64,000 nt of DNA from Balamuthia mandrillaris. Taxonomy: Eukaryota. Within the stretch, counting starts at the first letter, position 1; every line of letters starts with the position of its first letter. Position numbers and translations under genes: made by a program. Positions 33,831-44,531 of this stretch are shown here, piece after piece. The notes under the pieces were generated by a model. It was not told the DNA's origin. It was given only the letters and a program-made list of their open reading frames with translations, and made no database searches. The stretch is from NCBI GenBank assembly GCA_031835245.2, contig JAVKOQ020000030.1:248001-312000 (forward strand), written 5' to 3'.

Positions 33831-36520
33831 AAGAGAGAAAAATCAAAAAGAAGAAGAAGAACAAGAAGAACAAGAAGAAGAACAACAACAACAACAACAA
33901 CAACAAACAACAAGGAACATGAAGAGCATTCGTACCACGAGGTTTCATTTGATCTTGCATGACTTCCGTGCAAAGAATGTCTGTAAGATTGCACAAGCCA
34001 TTCAAGTTATGGCTGTGAATGATGAGAGGTCGCGCGGTGTCATAAAGATAACTCGAAAACTCTTCCAATAGGTTGCGAAGGCCTATGGAAGTGGTAGTGA
34101 AGAATCGGTGATAGAGAAGGAATTCCTCATGGCAAAGTTGAAGCAAGTAGGAGCAACCGGAGCGAATGAGGGAGGGAAGATCTTGGCCATGAGCTTCGGT
34201 AAGTCTTTTGATGTTTTCTTGCGCGCTTGGCGCCAACAATTGTCTTCTTTGTTGGAAGTAACATGTGTGGCAGTCACGCAAAAGGGTGTAGTAGCTATAA
34301 CATATGAAGATAAACGTTTGTTACTGCATATGCAAAGGAGGCAGAAAAATGGAGAAGAGTAGTTAAGATCTTACTCCGTTGTAGAAGCTCGTTTTTCGAT
34401 TTCATGACAGAAAGGTTGAAGCCGAGAGGCCAATGCTCTGAACTTAACGTACAATAAAGAGTCGTTGTTGGACGCCGCCAATTGTGCCTACAAACATCGA
34501 CATTACCAGTCAACATAATAAAGCAGTAGACTAACATTGAAAGAAAAATAAAGGAGAGTACTTTCGAGGAACTCTGAACAATCTTCAAAGTGGTTTGTTT
34601 GAGAGTGGCAACGACAAAGTTTTTCACTATTGTCAGCCCTTTGCTCTGCAGTTGCTTGAACTTTAATAGATGGAGCTCTGAATGCAAAAAGTTGGGCTGA
34701 AGGCAGAAAGAAATAAGCATACGTTAAACGGAATGCAATACAATTAAAACAAAAATAATAACCAACACAAAACCAGAACAATAGACATCGATAAGAACAA
34801 GAAAATGAGAAGAGATGAATACGTTTGCTTTGATGAAGGCGATGCACTCATCCAACCTGTCCAGTTGAGGGGGGAAGCTTTCATCCAACACAACGAGGGA
34901 GGCAGAGTTGAAACGTTTCGTTAACCGATCCAACTCATCGAAAAAAGATAACTTGCTGCGCAGATTGTCTGCAAATTGTATCAATTGTTTCTTTGTTGAA
35001 AAAAGAAATAAATAAGAAAATGAGTGGGGAAGAGAAACAACGAGAGAGAGAGAGAGAGAGAGAGAGTATACGAAACTTGTTGTTGCACGAGAGCTTCGCA
35101 ATCTTTCTGAAGTTGACCAGTCTTGGTACAAACAATGTCGGTATATTCTCTTTCCATCTCTTGCAAAAAGGAAATACTGGCATCAAGTTCTTCTAATACC
35201 TTCCCGCATCTGTCTCGATATCCACTCACTCGTTTCATTTCCAACCTTTGATGGTGGTTTTCAATAGTGAGAAAGGAAGAGAAGAACAAGAAATATAAAA
35301 GAAGAAAGAGGAGGAAGAGGAGGCCTCAACACAACAACGCCAAGCTTCAACGAGAACAAGCAGAGGAAAAAGAGATACATACGAATACTTTTCCATGTCC
35401 TCATCTTTGCCTTGGTCGGCGATCGTGGCAAACCAGCTGTAGAACTGCTGGATGTTTTCTATTTCAGGCAAAGCAGCTTCCAGCTCCTCTTCCACAGCTT
35501 CGCCTCTTTCCTCGTGCTCCTTTTGCTTTTCTTGTAGGTGTGGTTGCTTCCGTTTCGCCTCCAAACCGTGGTTTTCTTTTGTTGCTGTTGTGATAAACTG
35601 CCGTTTTATTCGAGAGATCATCAGTCGGCTGAGGATGGTTCAATGGAAAACGAATACAACAAACAACAAAAGAAAGAACAGAACATAAAACAAAAACAAA
35701 ACAAAGGATAGAAGAAAAAATGACAGAGAGAGAGAGAGAGAGAAGAGAGAGAAACAAAAAAACAAAAACAAGAGAGAGAGAAGAGAAAGGAGAGAGAGAG
35801 AGAGAGAAGAGAAACAAAAACAAGAGAGAGAGAGAGAGAGAGAAGAGAAAGGAGAGAGAGAGAAGAGAGAGAAACAAAAAAACAAAAACAAGAGAGAGAG
35901 AGAGAGAGAGAAGAGAAAGGAGAGAGAGAGAAGAGAGAGAAATAAAAAAACAAAAACAAGAGGAAGGAGGAAAAAATGAGAGGAAAGAGAAGAGTGAAAG
36001 GGCAAAAGCATGCATGAAACCAAAAAAAAACAGGTGACCAGCCAACAAAGAACTTTTGGAGAGAGAGAGGCGAACAGAGGAGAGAGAGAACGAGAGAGAG
36101 AATGAGTATAAGAGAGAGGGCAAAATGAAATACTTTGGAAGGCATGGCGAGAAAGTCGGCAACGGCAAGCTGGCTCAACCTCTCATGCTGTCGATCTGAC
36201 AAGCGCGTTTTGCTCTCCCACATTTGCACAAAGTTGGTTTGACTGCCGCCGCCAGCACTACTTCCATTGCTGTGCTTATGTTTGGTCGTTGTCGTTGTTG
36301 TGCTGTTGTTGCTGGAAGCAAGATGAGCGGAAGGAGGAGGAGATGAAGACGAAGCTGAGGAGGTGGACTTTAGAGGAGAGGAGGAAGAGGGGAAGTAAGG
36401 AAAGGCTGAGACGGTTCGTCGTGGTTTGAGGTGCTGAGGAGCAGAAGAAGGGGTGGTGGTGGCAGCAGCAGGGCCAGCAGCAGCGGCCGTGCCTGCTGCC
36501 CTTTTCTCCAGCCCTTTCAT
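32152..36520 (-). CDS. COG3: Conserved oligomeric Golgi complex subunit 3 (Sec34)
   Basis: QQFYSWF, KLSFFDELD, LDECIAF, LLYVKFRA, YLYDTARP, EDVQERL, WYPTLER, FEGLAQE, GQLFLLRHFFILREQIAPF, DSKKALE across about 13 exons. Confidence 0.92.
35720..35965. repeat. Compound minisatellite (about 60-70 bp unit, about 4 copies) in COG3 intron 1
   Basis: Repeated GAAACAAAAA(AACAAAAA)CAAG(AG)nAAGAGAAAGG(AG)n blocks. Confidence 0.8.
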
Positions 36521-36574
36521 TTCTTCTTTTCTTTTTTGTCTTTTCTTTTCTTTTCTTTTTATTTTTTTTTTCAC

Positions 36575-36705
36575 ATCGATCAAATAAAATGTCGACGATC
36601 ATGTCGGCAAAATTTGATGCATTAATATTATTGTCGACGATCAGATATATAATGTCGACATGAATTATGGATTCTTGTCGATAGGGCTCCATGGTGTCGA
36701 CATGA
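36575..36705. promoter_or_regulatory. Bidirectional promoter (COG3 / TTC13) with clustered TGTCGAC-type motifs
   Basis: Six TGTCG(A/G) hits in about 110 bp between divergent ATGs at 36520 and 36754. Confidence 0.6.
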
Positions 36706-36753
36706 AAGAGTTAACACACACACAAAGCGGAAGAGAAGAGGAAGAGGAGAGAG

Positions 36754-38314
36754 ATGGCGTGGAAAGAATGGGCCGAGCAAGGGAACGCGCTCTTTCAGAA
36801 AGGGCTCCACGCGGAGGCCATCAAGCAGTACGACAAGGCCATCCCGTTGGCAGGCGAAGAACAACCCAATGTTCAAGCACTGCTCTACTGGTTAGAAGTT
36901 TCTCCGAGCTCATCGAATCCAATCCATCATTCGGTCTCCACTTTTTTTTTGGTTTCTAAAGTTTTTTTTTCGTTTTGTTGTTTCAAAAAAAAAAGCAATA
37001 GAGCAGCAGCCCACTATCAAATGGAGCTTTATCGGCGTTGCCTGAACGACTGCACCGCTGCCATTAAACTGGATAAGTACTGCCTTCGTGCCTACCTTCG
37101 GAAAGGTTTTGCTCTTCTGTTGCTGTTGCTTCTGTCTGTTCTCCGTTCTGTGTTCTGTTATGTTCTCTTTTCTTTATCATCGTTCTCTCTCTCTCTCTCT
37201 CCCTCTCATTCTTTTTCTCTTTTGCTCTGCTTTCTCCTCTCTTGTTCTCTCTTTCTCATTCTGTCACTTTAGCTCTGCTCGTGCTCGCCTCTCTTCTCTT
37301 TTTCTCCAATCTCTCTCTTCTCGCTTTGGTTTCTGTGCTTTCGTAGCCTTCTCTTTTTTGCTTATTTCTATTCTCGCGGTCAGGCCACGCGTTGGTGGCG
37401 ATGGGAAAGGAGAAAGAGGCAGCAGTCGTATGGAAAGTGGGTGCCTCCTTGCAAAGTCCTATCTTAGACATAGAAGTTCAAGCGGAGCTTCAACGTTGTG
37501 TCAACTCTCCTTCTCCATCTGCTTCTTCATCTGCTGCTTCTACACCAAAGTCTCCTCACTCCAATGGCAAAGCCAAAGACAAAGCTGGGGCTTCCAAAGG
37601 AGATAAAGAAGACCTCACCGTTGATGTGGCAACTGCGTCCAGCATGTTGGCAGCCAGAGGACTGGTGCAGCATGGCATCGGTAATGCCACCATTGATGAA
37701 AAGATAGGTAACTACCCATTTTATATCTTTCAAAGGCAATTTTGTTGGGCACTCAATCCCCTCCTCCTCTCTGTTTAGCAATGGGTTATCTGCAAGTGAA
37801 TACAGGCAACTTCGCACAAGGTATAGCGATATTCAACGAACTGCTAGCCGCACATCCTCGGATAGTTGCTGCCTATCTTGGTCGAGGCACTGCCTTTGCC
37901 CTTGCTGGTCATCTCAATAGGGTACTCTTCTCTCTGACTCTCTCTCTGACTCTCTCTCGCGCTCCCCTCTCCTCCCTCTTCCTCTTTCTCTTTTTCTCTC
38001 TCTCTCTCTCTCTCCTCTTCTTTCTCTTCAGTCCCAATATCTCAATTCTTTTTGTTTTCTCTTGTCTCTTTGTATTTTGTCGTAACGTGCTGTTTTGTTT
38101 GTTTGTTTGATTTTTGAGCATAGGCGGTCGTCGACTTCACATCAGCATTGGCTATTGATGAAAAATGTGTGGAAGCATGGAAGCGTCGTGGACAATCAAG
38201 AGCTGCAATGGGCAACGATGTGGAGGCTCTTAACGATTTAGCTCGTGCCATAGAGCTCAACAGCAACGACCACGAAATATATCATCAACGCGGCCTAATC
38301 TATTACAAATTGGT

Positions 38315-38356
<42 letters not shown>

Positions 38357-40788
38357 ATTTCATGTTCCTTTTCTGATGGTTACCGATAACAGCGAAATTA
38401 TCGGAGAGCCAAATCAGACTTCGAAAAGGCCACGATATTGGATAGCACTAGCAAACTTTCATGGAACCATTTAGGTTTATGTTTGAACGCCACCGGTGGC
38501 GCCCGTGAGGTAAAATTCGCTCATTACTTTTTATTCTCCTTTACTCTATTTCTCTCTCTCACTCACTCTTATACTCATTTTCTCTTCTCTCTCTTCTCTC
38601 TCTTCTCTCTCTCTCTCTCTCTCTCTCCCCTCCCAAAAAAAGGCCATCAATATACACAAAAAAGCGGCAGCATTGGATGCCTCCTTCAAAGAGAATTGGG
38701 CTAATTTGGGACAAGCCTACAAAGAACTGGGCAACACCGATCGCGCGGAGCATTATCTTTCCAAAGCGATCTCCATAGATTCCAGCTATGTACATGGCTA
38801 TTATCTTCGGGGCTTGACAAAGTTCAGCGCAGGAGAGCATCGCTCTGCTTTGATGGACTTTGATACTGCCGTCAAACTGGATCCCACTAACAAGGATTGT
38901 AGGCACATGAGAGGCATTGTTGCTCATGGCTTGGTAGTGTTCTCATCTCGTCTCTCTCCCCTTCACCTTTCTGATTTCCTTTCAATACCTTTGTTTTACA
39001 TCATAGGGGTTGCACGAAAAAGCGATCGCAGACTACACTGCCATCATTTCCCGCAAACTGGACCACATCGTTTGGTACAACCGAGAGATAGCGCTCTACA
39101 CGCATTCTCACTTAGACGTGCCCGCCTGCGAGTTCAACATGGACAGAGACACAGACCCATCCTTCAAAGAGGCTTGGTGCAAACGTCTTCATCCCCAAAG
39201 CTTGGCATCTTACTCTCCGCAGAGTGCTCTTGACTCCACTATTCCTGATGTTACGCTTGATGCTGTCCTTTCCGAAGATGCAAGTATGTTTCCTTTCTTT
39301 CAAAATCTTCATTCCTTCTTAACTGAAACGGTGACAACAGAGAGAATAGTAGATGCGAGCCGTGAGATTGGCGTAAAGCTCCAACTAAACTGTGCTGGCT
39401 ACACTCGCAACAAACGACAACACAGGGCGTGCGGCCTTGCCGTTTTCGAAATCGCTCAAACGCTCTCCAAAGTTTGGAGGGGTGAGCTGACAACGATTTC
39501 CGGCAAGGCCAGCTCCTCCACCTCGCAGAGCCATTCCTTTGGGTGGCGTGATCTCTATGATATCCCGATTCGTTGGCGACAGTTCTCTGAGGTACTTCTC
39601 TTGTGGTTTCAACTTTTTTTTTTTTGTTTTTCTCTTTATCCTATTCTTACTTCAAACTTCTTTTTTGCCTTTTGAAAGCCTAATGATCCCGTATGGTGGG
39701 TGGATCTCCTGACTCCCGAACAATTTGCTGAAGGCTTTGGCAGCCACACTCCCATGATTACCGGCCAAACATACGTGGTGCGCTATTCGCCAATGTTCAA
39801 ACGAGCTTTCGCCATTATGAAAGGCCTCTTGCAGCAGCAACAGGCTCTAGATGAGCACGCCAAGAAGCGAGTGGCGGAGGCTAAAGAGTGCGCCGACCTT
39901 CATGCGATCATGAAGAGGGATTTTTGGGTAGTCACACCTTGTTATTCTACCGCGCGTCCTGGCAAGATCATGGAAGGCACCCGTTTGACTCTGCAGGTAT
40001 ATTTCTTTTTCTTTTTTTTTTTTCGTTCTTCTATTCCTCCTGTTCATTCCGTTTGGTCATTTTCATGCTTTCATAACATTGAGTTTTTATGAAAAAAGGC
40101 ATCATCACCTGAAGGTTTTGAGTACGCGATACGAACGCCCGGCACGCCGCCCCGGTGGCAGGAATATGACTATGAGATGACTTACATTTTTGAGTTGCTC
40201 AAGAAAGAAGCCAGCTCACCTTCTCCCAACTTGGATAGGTATTCTTAGTCCTTTCTTTCTTACTCCAGCTCTTTCTGAAACAGTTTTTTGTGGTTAGGTT
40301 GAGTGATCTCATTTTGAAGCTTTCGTTCTATTGGTATAACTTTATGCCACTTTCTCGTGGCACTGCCGCTGTTGGTTCGTTTTTTCTCCCTTTCTCCCCC
40401 TTTGCTCCTTTCTCACAAAGGCGTTATTACCTATCAGGTTATATGAGTTTGTTGGGAATGTTTCTATCTGTTGGCATCGAGGTACGTCCTTCTTCCGCTC
40501 TTTTTTCCTAAATGCTCCAGCTTTCCTTCTGACGAACTCTCTCTCTCTCTCTCTCTCTCTCTTCTTTTTTCCATCTGATACCACAAATAGATAACATCGG
40601 CAGTACCGGAAGGCCAACAAGTGGATTGGGAGGGCATTCTCCGCCCAACGCCAGAGGAGTTCATCGCGCAGTTGAAGCCATGGATGTATCCCTCCCGAAA
40701 ACCGACCGACTTGTTGTCAACGCTTCCTTCTGTTTCTCAAACGTTCTCCACTCCACGCAAAATGATAGAAGCCATGAATGCTCCTTGA
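36754..40788 (+). CDS. TPR protein of the TTC13 / SRFR1 family
   Basis: N-terminal TPR array, then WYNREIALY, FKEAWCKRLHP, WRDLYDIPIRWRQFSEPNDPVWWVD, EGFGSHTPM, IRTPGTPPRW, YWYNFMPLSRGTA, QVDWEGIL. Confidence 0.9.
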
Positions 40789-40869
40789 TACAAGAGCTGA
40801 AAGGTATTGTAACAACAACAAAAAAAAAACATCTTTAAACACCTTTCGCGTTACTATATACATAAACAG

Positions 40870-41665
40870 TTATTTGAAGAGCTCAACCGTGGCGAACCGC
40901 TCGACATCGAATGCGATTTCGCTGGCAATGGTTGGTGCCGTATAACTTGGAGGAGAAGCTTAGTTTGAAAGGAGAGGAAGAAAGAGAGAAGAAAAGCAAC
41001 ATACGTCACAACGAAGAGAGCTTTGGGTAGCTGTATGAGCACTATGCCTTTGCCTGCCCCATCGCCACCGCCACCACCGCCGTCCTCATCGGCGCTCGTT
41101 GCAGGACAGACGCCATAGTAAGCACAACACTGTTCTTGCACCATTCGGACTGTACGGATGAGATCTTTTTTGAAACGTTTGTGTTTGTTGTGGTTGGGAT
41201 ACAGTGTTAAAACCTATCTTTCTTAGCGGAGAGAGAGAAGGAGCATACACGGAGTAGCACGAAAGAAAGCGTAGTTGGTGTGCAGTGTGTTCGCGTTGCA
41301 GCTATCGATCAAAGCGGACAGCTCGGAGAGCTTGAAAGGTTCAGCGCTCGTCTGTGCTAATCTTTTGTTGTTTGAGCAAAACAAGGTTAGAGACGAGGCT
41401 AGAAGGAAATGCGATGGTTGATTCTTACACAACGGTGCGCAGCCGGAGCGGTGGAGCGGAGGCCGTAGAGAGCAAAGCCGCTTCCGTCAAACTCCATTGT
41501 TTGCCTATATATATCACAAAATCAACACAAAAAAAAAAAGGTCAAACCCGTCGAAATACAATGCACGCTACGCTGGTGGGTGCTTGTGAAAAACAGACCA
41601 TGCTTGCTCAGAAAGCTGTTTAGCTTCTTCTCCCATCGAGAAGCACTCTGTTGTTGTGCAGTCAT
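40870..41665 (-). CDS. Divergent profilin-like protein
   Basis: Five spliced exons (41665-41599, 41504-41429, 41361-41249, 41164-41005, 40945-40870) give SRWEKKLNSFL..TEAALLS..VLAQTS..FKLSELSALID..KGIVLIQLPKALFVVTY..ASEIAFDVERFA, matching the profilin secondary-structure pattern. Confidence 0.6.
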
Positions 41666-41939
41666 CTCTCTTTCGTTAATTCAAAATTTTTCCAGGAAAC
41701 CAATAAGAGAGTGGAGAAGAGCCAGGACGTGAGATATGTGGTCAAGGACAAGAGCCAGGAGAGAGGCGAGGACAAGGAGCGAGGAGCATTGCTCGAGGAG
41801 ACAGAGAGAGAGAGGAGAGAAAGACAGACAGAGAGAGAGAGGAGAGAGAGGAGAGAGAGAGAATTAATTCTTTGTTTGTTGTCTCTTCCAATTGAGGGAT
41901 TTGTACAAAGGACCGAACGCACACCACTGCCTTCTTCTT

Positions 41940-42441
41940 TTACTTTGGGGGGGCCACACCTCCGGCGACGCGCCACTGCTCCTCGCCGGCGCGAATGGCC
42001 TGCTCTCTGTCCTTACGCAAGGTCTTGGGCAGGAGCATGGCGGTGGACAGGACCAGCGCGCCTATCGTGAGGGCCTGGGCGCCCACCCTGAAGCGCATCA
42101 TGAGGTTGCTGACCTTGGTGTTGCCGGTCTTGACGGCCCACATGCCACCGAAGAAGGAAGCCACCGTGGCAGTTAGACCTGGATTTCAGAAAGCAGTGAG
42201 TGAGAAGATTGAAAACGACAAAAGCGAAGCGGAGTGAAGCGGAGGGGAGGAGTGAAGAAAGAAGAAAAGGAGGAGGAGGCGTACCAAGAGCGACGGCAGG
42301 GAATTGAAAAAATTGTTGGGCGACCGTCTGGTGCCTGGCGTCATTGGGATAGAAGGGAACGTAGTGGTTCTCTTTGTCGAGGTAGCCGCCGACGCTGGGG
42401 GCTTCCCCCTGTCCGCCTTGCTGTTGCTGTTGTTGGCTCAT
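41940..42441 (-). CDS. HIG1-domain protein (respiratory supercomplex factor Rcf1/HIGD2-like)
   Basis: PAVALGLTATVASFFGG...SNLMMRFRVGAQALT. Intron 42284-42179. Confidence 0.88.
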
Positions 42442-42895
42442 CTTGTTGTCTTGTAAAAGTTCCTCCTCTTTTGTTGTTTGTTAAGCTGTTGATATGAGAG
42501 AGAGAGAGAGAGAGAAAAAGAGGTCAGCTGCTGTGCTTTTTTACGCCCTCCCTGCTCGAGTGTGCCATACATATAAAAGCGGAATAACGTACGTTGTTTG
42601 CGCGTAAAGCAACACACTGGCGTCCACTGACTGATTGTGGTGGTCTGTTGTGTTGTTTGGGAGTGAGAACGGAAAGTGGTGGTAGTTTGGGTGGGTGCGA
42701 GAAAGCCCAAAAAACAAGCAGGAAATACGAAGAAAACCCGTCGCTGGATCTGTGATCGATCTCTAATTTAGATGAAATTCCGATAGCATCGAACTGGATT
42801 TTCTTACTGTTTTTACAGAGATTTCATTTTCCCTAATAGTTTCGTATTCAACCTATTAGCTTAAACCTACTCTCAAAGCAACACGAAAAAGAGAA

Positions 42896-43690
42896 ATGAT
42901 GACCCAACGATCGCTCTTCTCGCTTGCCCCCTCCTCGGGCCGGCCGCTCTTCCAAGGGGGTGCCTTTGCTTCAGCGCAACGTCCTCCATCCCTTTGCTTC
43001 CGCGCTTCTTTTCCGCAATCCGCTCGCCAAAGGCAACCCTCGGCCCAGCTGCCCCTTCTCTTTCCTTCGTCTTCTTCTCGTCGGATGATGTTCACCGGAA
43101 GAACCTCCTCCTCTCCGCTCTTTCGTCCACGCAACCCTATGTTTCCGTTAAGAAGAGCGGACTCACCACAAAGCAACTCTGGCAGCGGCGGCTACATCTC
43201 GCACAAGAAATCACAACCCTATGAGGCCATGTGGAGTTGGCGCAGCGTCGCCGTGTTTGTCACTGTTGGAGGCGCCTTGCTCGCTCTCTATGAAACGGAA
43301 AAGAAGAAGAAAAGAGGTGTAGTGTATCACTCACTCCTGTTGTCTCTCTTCTTGTCTCTCTGCTCTCTGCTCTCTGCTCTCTGCTCTCTGCTCTCTGCTC
43401 TCTGCTCTCTCTTCTCTCCTCTCTTCTCTCTCCTTCTCCCTGCTCCTCTCGTCTTGCATCGCTCTTCTCTCTTACTTACCAACCTCCCAACAACAGCACA
43501 ACCGCAACTGGAATCGATAGGGAAGCCATTGTTGGGAGGGCCTTTCACTCTGGTGGACCACAACGGCACTCCTGTGACGGACGCCACCTATAGAGGCAAG
43601 TACATGCTCATCTACTTTGGCTTTACCTTCTGTCCCGACATTTGTCCCGCTGAACTCTCCAAAATGAGCAAAGCTGTCGATCTCATGGGT

Positions 43691-43734
<44 letters not shown>

Positions 43735-44315
43735 GCCTCTCTTACTTTTCTCTCTTGTACTTGCTGCCTCATTTAACTCTTTTTCTTTCAACATGAATGG
43801 AAATTAGAACAAAACGAAGGAGTGGAGCCTGGCTTGGTCGTTCCAATGTTCATCTCAGTGGATCCCTATCGTGATACCGTCAAACAAATCCGTCTTTATG
43901 TAAAAGGTTTGAAAAAACAACACGTTTTGTTTCTCCTTCTTCAAAACCAATGGAGATAGAGATGTTCTCTCAATGAAAGCACAACAAAACAAACTCATCT
44001 CTTCCCATAACAACAGACTTTCATCCAAGAATGGTGGGCTTGACCGGAACACCTCAACAAGTGGAGAAGGCCGCACGAGCCTTCCGAGTCTACAGCGCAA
44101 GCAGCCAACACAACGAAGAGGATGAGGACTATTTGGTGGATCACTCCATCTTCTTCTATCTGATGGACAAAGAGGGCGAGTTCTTGCAGTACTATGGCAG
44201 CGATGTGGACGCCCCCAAGATGGCCAAGCTCATCGCGGAGGAGCTGAAGAAGGCAGGCGAGGCCCAACAACCACAAACCTTGTTGCAGAGAGTGAAACAA
44301 ATGTTTTGGAGTTGA
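42896..44315 (+). CDS. SCO1: SCO1/SenC cytochrome c oxidase copper chaperone
   Basis: [23 protein letters not shown] (CxxxC), [22 protein letters not shown]; presequence plus one TM; three introns. Confidence 0.96.
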
Positions 44316-44531
44316 AAAAAAAAATAAAAAAACAAAAAAAAAGTTTTAATTAAATTTAATAACAAATATTTGAAATTCTTGGCATTCCCAATTGCTGACG
44401 TAGAAAAATACTCTCAATTCTTATCATTTCTAAAATTTTCATAGGTTCTCATGTCGTCACGATGTAATGCGGTATTTCCGTGACGACATGGCTTAACACC
44501 AAGCAAAGAAAGGGACTTTACAAGGGAACCA

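Noticed and set aside
35720..35965. Regularly spaced repeats as a CRISPR-like array
   Set aside because: Low-complexity units with no unique spacers, inside a eukaryotic intron, and no cas genes.
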